Shown here piece after piece: positions 30,065 to 38,690 of a DNA stretch of 64,000 bases. Each line of letters starts with the position of its first letter. The stretch's first letter is position 1. The notes beneath the pieces are model-generated. The model was given only the letters and a program-made list of their open reading frames with translations, made no database searches and was not told the DNA's origin. The stretch lies in contig CP181291.1 in NCBI GenBank assembly GCA_052279835.1, positions 4,832,001-4,896,000 on the forward strand, in the 5' to 3' direction. The stretch comes from Microcoleus sp. (lineage in GTDB: Bacteria > Cyanobacteriota > Cyanobacteriia > Cyanobacteriales > Microcoleaceae). Made by a program: the position numbers and the translations under genes.

Positions 30065-30847
30065 CTATTGTTTGATCAAGTAAGCGCCGGGAACATTATT
30101 CCATTCAAATTTCTTGAGTTCAACGTGCTGTCCCTTGAAATATTCTTCTACTGCTTTACTTTCCCCAGACCATTCTAAGATGCCATATTCATCAAATATT
30201 ACAATTCCTCCTGGAACAACTAATGGATATAAATAATCTAAACCTACTTTTGTCGGTTCGTACATATCAATGTCGAAGTGCAATAATGAAATTCGCAAAC
30301 CTGGGTTTTTTGCTACAAATTCGGGAATGGTTGCGGTTACATCTCCCACTACCAGTTCAATGCGTTTTTTCCAGCCCACAAAGCGGTCAGCATCAAATAT
30401 GTCAATTACATCCAGTAATTCTTCATAGAACTTCTCTGGACTAAAACCGCCTTCTACCTTGTGAGACTGTTCGTAGTTAGGCCCGTCTTCAGGGCGTAAA
30501 CCTGTGAATCCTTTAAAATTGTCAAAACCCCAAACTTTCTTAGTGCGATCGCCTATGTTACGCGCTTCCAGAAGATTAGCAAAAGTCATCAAACTCTGAC
30601 CTCTAAAAACCCCTAGCTCTACAATATCGCCCGGTAAATCAATAGTGCGACGAAACAGTTCGTAGTGAGCCAGAAACTTTTTAAGAACAGTACGCCTTGC
30701 GTAAATCGGAAAGCCATTGATAATTTCTATAGGGGAAACTTTGTGTTTAGAAAATAGATCTTCTAAGCGACTTTCAATCTCTTGATCTTTTGTGTATTTT
30801 TTTGTGCCGTCAAATTTTTCTGCTTCACTCACTTTCAGCCACCTCAT
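30065..30847 (-). CDS. TylF/MycF/NovP-family sugar O-methyltransferase
   Basis: PGDIVELGVFRG, GFDNFKGF, LLHFDIDMYEPT, PGGIVIFDEY. Confidence 0.85.
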   Translation of the reverse strand: MRWLKVSEAEKFDGTKKYTKDQEIESRLEDLFSKHKVSPIEIINGFPIYARRTVLKKFLAHYELFRRTIDLPGDIVELGVFRGQSLMTFANLLEARNIGDRTKKVWGFDNFKGFTGLRPEDGPNYEQSHKVEGGFSPEKFYEELLDVIDIFDADRFVGWKKRIELVVGDVTATIPEFVAKNPGLRISLLHFDIDMYEPTKVGLDYLYPLVVPGGIVIFDEYGILEWSGESKAVEEYFKGQHVELKKFEWNNVPGAYLIKQ

Positions 30848-31669
30848 TTAGTTAGTTTTATGGATTTCCCCTGACCAGGGATCGTAAAAAGATTTTGAAC
30901 TTACAGTATTCGTGCTAAAAGCCCTCATGTCAATACTAAATCTGATAATATTATTTGAGGTATTTAGAGCTGATGCGTGAACAATAGTGGGTGTAAAAAA
31001 TAGCACATCCCCTAGTTCCATTTGGGGTGAGTACGCCACGTAGGTTGATTCGTCAAAAAAAGCTCTACTTTCCCAAGCACCGCTGGAACCATGGGTTAAG
31101 TTGCCCAACTCTTGAGTCCCTTCGTAAAATGTCACCCCACCTACTTCCTCTGTGATTGGCGTTAAAGGAACCCAAGCAGTAATAAATCTTTCTATATGGG
31201 TACTATAAGCACTATCTTGATGGGGTGGTACTATAGTTTGGTCGGCACGAGGCACTTTAAATCGGAGCATGGGAGGATAGTGCAAAAAATATCTCGTTTC
31301 GCCGAAAACGTCTGCTACTAATTCTCGCAGACTTAGGGTAGCTAGAAAGTCGCGAATTTCGGCGGACAATCGAGTTTCTAAGTCAAACTCCCCCCTCAAA
31401 AAATGGCGTAAATCTTTTGGGAGTCCCATTGCTTCATACTCGACAATACGATCGCTGTGATACCGATAGCTTTCCACCGATGTTACATCTTTTTCCCCTG
31501 ACCATTCTTGGAAGCGATCGTGCAGCTTGTCAAGCCTTGCCGCTAGGTAATTCTGCATTTGGCGGATAACGGACTGGTCTATAACGTTGTGGCAAACTAG
31601 ATACCCTTGCTGAGATAGAATTTTAGAGTGAGAAGATTGATATTGTTGATGTTGAGCTTTGTCGATCAT
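30848..31669 (-). CDS. PhyH-type Fe(II)/2-oxoglutarate dioxygenase
   Basis: PHQD, AWVPL, GDVLFF...VHAS, RFSID. Confidence 0.85.
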   Translation of the reverse strand: MIDKAQHQQYQSSHSKILSQQGYLVCHNVIDQSVIRQMQNYLAARLDKLHDRFQEWSGEKDVTSVESYRYHSDRIVEYEAMGLPKDLRHFLRGEFDLETRLSAEIRDFLATLSLRELVADVFGETRYFLHYPPMLRFKVPRADQTIVPPHQDSAYSTHIERFITAWVPLTPITEEVGGVTFYEGTQELGNLTHGSSGAWESRAFFDESTYVAYSPQMELGDVLFFTPTIVHASALNTSNNIIRFSIDMRAFSTNTVSSKSFYDPWSGEIHKTN

Positions 31670-31685
31670 ATAGTCACTGTTCCAA

Positions 31686-32546
31686 TCATTCCATTCCTTT
31701 TAAAGATGCCAATTGAGCGTTATTGTAAGCCTCAGCGGTCTCAGAAACAACTGAACGACTCAGTTTTTCATAGTAGCCTGCTTTTAAAGAGGGGTTAAGG
31801 GGTGCTAGGCCATTTACTACCCGAATGTCGGAACTCCAGCGACAAACTAAACCCCGATTCTCTACGCTACCATGCACTGTAGCCAGACTGAAAATTAGCG
31901 CCTCACCCACAGCCAGCGGCACTGGCTGCATATCTGCGGTGCAGGATGGATCTATTAGTTTAGGAGCATAGAGAAATCCTAACTGATGTTTGACAGAACC
32001 TTTGCTTACTTCTGGATTTTCTATCTGCGTGAGGGAAAAATCGGACTCTGGACGAATGTGAGAGCCTGATAAAACAGATAAAGCACTCTCCGGTGGAACA
32101 TCAGTATAAGGCACTAAAACAGATAATTCAAAGGGGGAACAGCCGTAATAAGTGTCCCGATGGTAGCCTATATTATCTTGGGGTTTGCCCGGTCGAGTAA
32201 TTCGCAAGTGAGGCTTACTCTGAATGTTTAAATCTTGTCCCAAAAATGCTTTAAACAAATCAAGTTGAGCGGTGATGACTTTAGACGCCAACTTTTGAGA
32301 CCAAAAAAATTGAGTTAGCTGGAACTGCAACTCTGTATGAGTTTTGTCATCACGAATAACTTCGTGATAATCTTCTAATGTGATGCGATCGCTTCCCGTT
32401 AGCCTCCGCAATTCTGCAAGTAGTGACGCACGAGCGGCATAGACTGGATCTGGATTGGGGAGTTGCACTACTATCCAGCCATATTGGTAGAAATGGCGTT
32501 CTAGTTTTTCTATATTTATCTTGCTGCTAGTTAGCTCAATCACCAA
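31686..32546 (-). CDS. PhyH-type Fe(II)/2-oxoglutarate dioxygenase
   Basis: YHRD, GSH, GEALIF...VHGS, RWSSD. Confidence 0.8.
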   Translation of the reverse strand: MVIELTSSKINIEKLERHFYQYGWIVVQLPNPDPVYAARASLLAELRRLTGSDRITLEDYHEVIRDDKTHTELQFQLTQFFWSQKLASKVITAQLDLFKAFLGQDLNIQSKPHLRITRPGKPQDNIGYHRDTYYGCSPFELSVLVPYTDVPPESALSVLSGSHIRPESDFSLTQIENPEVSKGSVKHQLGFLYAPKLIDPSCTADMQPVPLAVGEALIFSLATVHGSVENRGLVCRWSSDIRVVNGLAPLNPSLKAGYYEKLSRSVVSETAEAYNNAQLASLKGME

Positions 32547-33298
32547 GAACCTCCATCAATAGGCATTACCGAACCAGTACAGAAAGAAGCCTTTTCGGAA
32601 CATAGCAGAACTACCCAATCACTGATTTCATCCAATTGAGCGAATCGTTTAATTGCCATGCGCCGATCGAGATAGGTTGCCACCATCTCTGGTTTCTCCT
32701 GGGACATTTTATCCCAATGGCTACCTTCATGACGAATTGCTCCGGGCATCACGGATGTGATGACCACTCCGTCTGACGCTACTGTACACCCTAAGTTCCG
32801 GGTGTAAGCGTTTAGAGCGGCTTTGACGGCACAATAGGCAACTGCTCCTCGACTCAGATTAGCAGCAATTGAGGAAATATGCACTACTCGCCCCCATCGG
32901 CGTTGCTGCATCGGGGGAATCAGATAGCGGTTTAACTCTGCGGCAATTTCAAAGTTGAGCCGCCAAACTGAACGCCACTCGGTTACTGTGCAGAAGGGGT
33001 CTCTAATTCCTAAAGTTCCCCCTAAGTTGTGGATGATAATGTCAATCTGTTTGTTACCAGACTGGATTTCTTCGATAAGTTGGGTTGGTGCGCTATCGGG
33101 TACTAAGTCTTTAGCAATGCCCCAATGACCTTTAGCTTCACCCCCCATTTCCGCAACTAAGGAGATAATATCAGCTTTGGTGCGGGCAACAACTCCCACT
33201 TGTGCTCCTTCCTTGGCTAAAGTTAGGGCAATTTCTCTGCCCAGACCTTGGCTGCCTCCAACTACTAAAGCTGATTTTCCTTCAATTCCTAAGTGCAT
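32540..33298 (-). CDS. Short-chain dehydrogenase/reductase
   Basis: GKSALVVGGSQGLG, WGRVVHISS, YCAVK, IDGG. Confidence 0.88.
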   Translation of the reverse strand: MHLGIEGKSALVVGGSQGLGREIALTLAKEGAQVGVVARTKADIISLVAEMGGEAKGHWGIAKDLVPDSAPTQLIEEIQSGNKQIDIIIHNLGGTLGIRDPFCTVTEWRSVWRLNFEIAAELNRYLIPPMQQRRWGRVVHISSIAANLSRGAVAYCAVKAALNAYTRNLGCTVASDGVVITSVMPGAIRHEGSHWDKMSQEKPEMVATYLDRRMAIKRFAQLDEISDWVVLLCSEKASFCTGSVMPIDGGSW

Positions 33299-33305
33299 AA
33301 GTCGC

Positions 33306-33884
33306 TCACTTTCTAAGGGCTTGGAGAAATTCCGTTACAGCATCATACTGATCGTAGTAGATAACGTAACGGCTTAATAAATCAATGTTCAAATCTGGCA
33401 ACAATAAACTGTGACTAACTTTTTCGTATTCTCCCCTTAAATGGTAAATAGTTATTACCCCATCCTCCCAAAACCAGACTTCGCGAACTCCTATTCTTTT
33501 ATAGAACTCTAATTTATCCAGTCCACCGCTAGTCAATATTACTTCTATTACTAAGTCAGGATTTGGTTTTTTAGTCTCCAAATTGTAAGATTCATCCGGT
33601 TCTTTTCTACCTTGAGTTTCTTCACTACCTAAAGTTGCACTACCTCTAATATAAAACCGGATATTTTTTTCTCTCATGTAAGCTTCTATCAGCGAGCGCA
33701 ATGTTCCATTTGTCTCTTCGTGTTCTAAACTTAATGTCATAATTTCTAAAAATCCGTCTAAATAAAACAGTCTGACCCCTGGTACTTCTGCTAAGACCGT
33801 ATCCAACGCCTCTAATTGCGACCAGCTTATTCCTAACAAAACGAGATGGTCTTCTAGTAAGGGTTCTTGTAATGCTAAGGTCAT
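33306..33884 (-). CDS. Uma2 family putative endonuclease
   Basis: GISW..., EIMTLSLEHE, KEPDESY, PDLVIEV, IGVREVWFW. Confidence 0.9.
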   Translation of the reverse strand: MTLALQEPLLEDHLVLLGISWSQLEALDTVLAEVPGVRLFYLDGFLEIMTLSLEHEETNGTLRSLIEAYMREKNIRFYIRGSATLGSEETQGRKEPDESYNLETKKPNPDLVIEVILTSGGLDKLEFYKRIGVREVWFWEDGVITIYHLRGEYEKVSHSLLLPDLNIDLLSRYVIYYDQYDAVTEFLQALRK

Positions 33885-33983
33885 AGTTTATACTCCTTGT
33901 AATTTTTTATAACTTTAAGCTATGGTTACGCTTACTTATCCTGTTCTTAACTCCTCTAATCTGTTTAGAATAGCATAATATGT

Positions 33984-34445
33984 TTACTTAAGGGCTTGTA
34001 AAAAGAAGTCGTTTAGTTTTGTGTATTCTGACTTTTGATAATAACCTCCCATTGGTGTCTTAGGTAAAGTTAAGACTGCTTGTATCATTTCCTCAAACTT
34101 TTCTATTTCGTTTCTATCTTGAAGTACCATTTCTTCCAACCCTGCGTGTAATTCGCATCCAGCACCTAAAATTCGGTCATAGATTTCCAATCGCGACTCG
34201 GTTCTCTGGGGTAACACAAACAGACTAAATAGGATGATGCCCTCTACTTGTGGCAATTCTGCCAAAACATCGTACAACATCATATAACATCCAGGCATCG
34301 CGTATTCAGTTGCACTGAGTTTATAGGCTAAATTATGTCGCGTGGCGTAGTCGCGAATTACCAAATTTTGCACGCGGTGGGGGTAACTTACACCTCGCAC
34401 TGGACGGCTGATAATGTAACCGCGATAACCTAATTTTTTACTCAT
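33984..34445 (-). CDS. Sporadic carbohydrate cluster protein (LIC12192-like)
   Basis: GYRGYI.SRP...P.RVQNLVIRDY...LSATEYAM; adjacent to the cluster's 2OG oxygenase. Confidence 0.75.
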   Translation of the reverse strand: MSKKLGYRGYIISRPVRGVSYPHRVQNLVIRDYATRHNLAYKLSATEYAMPGCYMMLYDVLAELPQVEGIILFSLFVLPQRTESRLEIYDRILGAGCELHAGLEEMVLQDRNEIEKFEEMIQAVLTLPKTPMGGYYQKSEYTKLNDFFLQALK

Positions 34446-35244
34446 TGAACCCCCCTGGTATTGTGAATTTCATGCCAATTTTTGAGGCGGGACGCACGGC
34501 GATGGGTGCGAAATACTCGCCCAGACGTTTATCTGAGTAAGGGGTAAATAAACCTTTAAATCTAATATTCATAGACCATCTGGTGGTAGATTCTTGGTTG
34601 AGTCGATTACCGTGCATAATCGTGGGAGTAAACAAAACGACGTTGCCATAGGGAACTTCCAACCATTCAACTTCGGGTTCGATTGCTTGATAAAGACTTT
34701 CTGTTCCTGTCTCTGCAAATTCATGTACTTTTTTCCGCCATCTAGCATCAGCATCAGGCGGTAAAATAAACATACTTTTTGTCCGATAGCAATCAACTAA
34801 GGGAATCCATAATACTACTTCAAAGGGGGAACATTCCGAACCCCAACTATCAGAATGTAGGGGTAATAAAGAACTGTCATCACCGGGAAGTTGAATGCTT
34901 AAACCGATATTGCGCTGCATCACCAATTCGTTGCCAACAATGGTTTCTACTAGGGAACGAGCGCAAGAGAAATAGGCTTCTCGAAACCAAGGTTCTGCCA
35001 TTAAACCTGATATTATCTGAAGACGGAAAGAGTTAAGTTTTTCTAGTGGTAATAAAGAGGCAATTTTATCTAAAAATTCTCCCGAATCTGTCGGGGTTGC
35101 CACTCCTAAAAAATTAGTGGCTAAATCTACTGTTTTGTTTCTGATTTTATCCAGAGTAGATGGATTTTCGCAGGGTTTGATTACATAGCCATTTTGAATA
35201 AAAGCAGCACTTAAGTCTGTTTCTGAATTTTGCATAAAGTTCAT
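34438..35244 (-). CDS. Sporadic carbohydrate cluster Fe(II)/2OG oxygenase
   Basis: VGNELVMQ..LSIQLPGDDSSLLPLHSD, SPFEVVLWIPLVDC, MHGN, TRWSMNIRFK. Confidence 0.82.
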   Translation of the reverse strand: MNFMQNSETDLSAAFIQNGYVIKPCENPSTLDKIRNKTVDLATNFLGVATPTDSGEFLDKIASLLPLEKLNSFRLQIISGLMAEPWFREAYFSCARSLVETIVGNELVMQRNIGLSIQLPGDDSSLLPLHSDSWGSECSPFEVVLWIPLVDCYRTKSMFILPPDADARWRKKVHEFAETGTESLYQAIEPEVEWLEVPYGNVVLFTPTIMHGNRLNQESTTRWSMNIRFKGLFTPYSDKRLGEYFAPIAVRPASKIGMKFTIPGGFNE

Positions 35245-35287
35245 AATTTATTATGCCTATACCTAATATTTTGTGAAAATTAAAACC

Positions 35288-35947
35288 CTACTCAGCGATG
35301 AACCAATAGTAATCGCCTCGGTAGTCAACTTCTGCAAACAGTTTAACCCAATCATTGACGTGCATATAGGTCAAGGCTGTTAGGTTCCAGTTGAGCATTC
35401 TTTGTTTTTCTTCATCATTGTGCCACGCATCCGCAATGATAAAGGCGTGTTGGCGGGTGACGCGCTGAATTTCTCTCAAGGCTTGCTTACAGTCTTCGAG
35501 GAGTAAGTTATGAACGGTGTTGATGGAAATTACTAAATCAAAGGATTTATCGGGGTAGGGTAATTCTTTGGCGTTACCGACTTGCAGATAGGGTTTGACT
35601 TCTTCTTTAGCGTTGGCGATCGCATATTCGGAGATATCAATGCCGGCGATGGTGATTTTGGGCATAAGCTGTTTGAAGTCGTACAGCATGAACCCTTTAC
35701 CACAGCCGACATCGAGGATACTAGCGTTATCTGGTAAGTTGTAGTAGTCGCAGAAGCGCTTAACAGTTTCTTGCCAAAAGCGAGGATGGTAGTTGTAGCC
35801 GCCGTATCCGTAGAGGCGATCGCCGTCGAAAAACTCTTTGCCAAATTGGCGGGCGATCGATCGGTGTTGTTCGGTAATTAGTTTGGCGCGATCGTCGATC
35901 GGGCGTTTACTGCGGGGGTAAATGTCTAGTAAGTTAATTTCTGTCAT
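35288..35947 (-). CDS. Class I SAM-dependent methyltransferase
   Basis: FFDGDRLYGYGGY, ILDVGCGKG, FDLVISIN. Confidence 0.88.
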   Translation of the reverse strand: MTEINLLDIYPRSKRPIDDRAKLITEQHRSIARQFGKEFFDGDRLYGYGGYNYHPRFWQETVKRFCDYYNLPDNASILDVGCGKGFMLYDFKQLMPKITIAGIDISEYAIANAKEEVKPYLQVGNAKELPYPDKSFDLVISINTVHNLLLEDCKQALREIQRVTRQHAFIIADAWHNDEEKQRMLNWNLTALTYMHVNDWVKLFAEVDYRGDYYWFIAE

Positions 35948-36044
35948 TTTTTTTTACATTACTTTCATTTTTCACATTTTTTTACATTATTTTTCAAAGG
36001 ATTTTAGCATCTTAGATTTTTTAGTTGCATTTTCCTATTCAAAA

Positions 36045-38648
36045 TCAAAGTAAATCTGAATATTTATACAAAAAATCTCTGCCTATTCTACCAACTCCAT
36101 AAATTTCGTGGTGTTTTGCTAATTTACGAAAACGGGATTGTAAACAATTATCTTTTTCTGTGTATTCCATATTATTGTCCAAGCGATCTAACATTTCATC
36201 AACGACTGCCTGTATCTCTTCTGGAGTATTATCTATTGCATTAATTCCCAAATTAGATAATTTTGTTTGAGAGCGAACCGTTCTTAATGGAGATGACATT
36301 TGTTCCGCAAAGGTCATGTAACGATTATTTTTATTCGACACAAAAAGCTTAGGAATGAATATACTGTTACTTTCCCAAGGAAGGCTTTCAAGAGGAATCC
36401 AGTTTGTCCAAACACAAGGGACTCCAAAACTAGCTGGAACCAGGAAGAGACCAGAATTTGTACCTATAAAAAACCTGCACTCTGCACACAAAAATATATC
36501 CATCCAATCACTTTTAACTTCACTGTGAGCATAATCTATGAGTTGCTTTCTCGGAGGCATTTCCTTCATTCCAGAATCGCCCATGCGGATCACCCAACCG
36601 CCAGATGCAATAATTGAATCAATGGCTGATGAGTACACATCAATGCTAGCATTACGAATATCATAATCTATAAACTCTTTATGAAAGCCTGGTTCTCGTA
36701 CATGCAAACAAACAAACCAGGAATCCCGAGATACACCCATTTTCTGCAAAGCACACCATCCTTTTTCTCGGTCTTGATCCGATAGATTTAAGATTGGGCT
36801 TCTGCCTTGATCTTCCCATTGCTGCTGAATCTGTGCCGCTGCTTCCCACCATAGTTTAGGCTCTTTATTTTGGATACGAATTAAGTGAAGAAAATCTTGT
36901 AAATATATCGATTCAGAAGATACTTTTTGAATTTCTACTGGCTCAGTAATTATCTGGAAATAAGGACTTAAATATTTTAGATAGTGGGAATTTGCCACTG
37001 TATCTGACGGTGCAAATAATACTGTAATTTTTTGACTCAGCCATCCTAACATTGCCATCTTAGCATAATAACTCAAAAGTGCTATATGACCAATTCGACA
37101 AACCCAAATTTCATTCAGATATCGTATTGGTTTTGAATCTAAATGATATTGTTCTGCCAGTTTTTGCTGAAGGATTAAACCTCTTTTCCAATAATCAGTT
37201 GCTTTGTGTAAATCACCACTATTTACATATAATTGACTTCCTATTTGGTTATATAGAGTTATATTATTAGGATCGTTTAAAATAGCTTCTTCATAACTTT
37301 CAATGGCTTCCTTTAATTTATTCTGTTGTTCCAGAGTATACCCAAGCATCATCCTGGGATGATTCCAGCTTGGCAAAATGGCTATCGCTTCTCTATATTC
37401 ACTAATTGCTGCTTCTATTTTACCTTGTGCTAAAAACACATTTCCGAGACATACATGAGTCCCTGCCCAATTAGGCTCTATAGCTAATACCAATTTATAT
37501 TTCTCTATTGCCCTGTCAAATTGCTTTTGCATCAACAGTGCATCTCCTAATTTCTGATAAGCATCTGCCCACATCGAATCCAGGTTAATAGCTTCTTCAA
37601 ATTTTTCAATCGCTTGTTCTAATTTGCCCTGTCTCGTATATATGCTTCCCAAATAAAACTTGGTTTTCGTCAATAATTCCTTATCTTCCATGACTTTTTT
37701 AAAGCTTATTATTGCTTCTTCTAGCCTACCTTCTTTGAATAGAGATATACCCAGATTATAATGGCTTATTTCACTGTCGCCGGAAACAAAAATCACCTGC
37801 TTGTAACTATCTATTCCTTTAGCTAATTCCCCCTTGTCTTCAAAAAATTTGGCCTGTCTCGTCAGCACTTTTATTAAGCCTTCATAAGATTTGGGAAACT
37901 GAGGATTTAGCTCACTACAGCGACTATATGTAAACACTGATTTTTCTATACAAAGTAAAATTAGATTTTCTGATTTTAAATTCTTATACTCATTTGAATC
38001 CAGAAATATATTTAAAATTTCCTGACGGCTCATACCATTGCGTAAATTTTCAATATGAATATATTTCCCTTGTAGATCGGGAGTGCGATTCAGATATCTT
38101 TGATAAACATTTTCGATAAAAGAATCCGGATCCATTTGAGCCGTATTTTCTAAAAAATCTAGATCATCATCATTAATTGGGGGCAATGATTTTTGCAAAT
38201 TACCCTCATTTTCTTCCACAGTTGCTCCTGATAATGATAAAAGTAAATCATTTAAGTTGGAGTAATTTTCTATAGGCGTGGTATTTATTTGTAAGCTAAG
38301 TTGATATAATGCTTCCCCCAAGCTGTAATAAAATAAATAAAAATCTGGAGAAATTTCAGTGGCAATACGGTACTCTAAGATAGCTGAACTTAAATGACCA
38401 AGCGTTACAAATATATGCCCTAAATTGTGGTGAGACCAAGCATAATTAGGATTAATCTCAATAGCACGATTATAAGCTGCTACGGCTTCATTCAAGCATC
38501 CTAGTTGAGTTAAAACTTCCCCCATATTATGGAAATAAAAATAGAAATGAGGATGTTGTTCAGTTGCTTTTTTATAATATTCCAGTGCTTCCTGCCATTT
38601 GTTTTCCTTTTTTAGTTTATTCGCTAGATTGAAATAGTTAATACTCAT
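36045..38648 (-). CDS. TPR + DUF4214-like domain + TPR + TIGR04372-like putative glycosyltransferase
   Basis: TPRs; FIENVYQRYLNRTPDLQG...SRQEILNIFLDSNEY; RIGH, WFVCLHVREPG, GGWVIRMGD, FFIGTNSG, DNTPEEI. Confidence 0.85.
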   Translation of the reverse strand: MSINYFNLANKLKKENKWQEALEYYKKATEQHPHFYFYFHNMGEVLTQLGCLNEAVAAYNRAIEINPNYAWSHHNLGHIFVTLGHLSSAILEYRIATEISPDFYLFYYSLGEALYQLSLQINTTPIENYSNLNDLLLSLSGATVEENEGNLQKSLPPINDDDLDFLENTAQMDPDSFIENVYQRYLNRTPDLQGKYIHIENLRNGMSRQEILNIFLDSNEYKNLKSENLILLCIEKSVFTYSRCSELNPQFPKSYEGLIKVLTRQAKFFEDKGELAKGIDSYKQVIFVSGDSEISHYNLGISLFKEGRLEEAIISFKKVMEDKELLTKTKFYLGSIYTRQGKLEQAIEKFEEAINLDSMWADAYQKLGDALLMQKQFDRAIEKYKLVLAIEPNWAGTHVCLGNVFLAQGKIEAAISEYREAIAILPSWNHPRMMLGYTLEQQNKLKEAIESYEEAILNDPNNITLYNQIGSQLYVNSGDLHKATDYWKRGLILQQKLAEQYHLDSKPIRYLNEIWVCRIGHIALLSYYAKMAMLGWLSQKITVLFAPSDTVANSHYLKYLSPYFQIITEPVEIQKVSSESIYLQDFLHLIRIQNKEPKLWWEAAAQIQQQWEDQGRSPILNLSDQDREKGWCALQKMGVSRDSWFVCLHVREPGFHKEFIDYDIRNASIDVYSSAIDSIIASGGWVIRMGDSGMKEMPPRKQLIDYAHSEVKSDWMDIFLCAECRFFIGTNSGLFLVPASFGVPCVWTNWIPLESLPWESNSIFIPKLFVSNKNNRYMTFAEQMSSPLRTVRSQTKLSNLGINAIDNTPEEIQAVVDEMLDRLDNNMEYTEKDNCLQSRFRKLAKHHEIYGVGRIGRDFLYKYSDLL

Positions 38649-38690
38649 GTTTTTGTCCTACCTTAGAAAAGTTAAATGAAATTTTTATGA

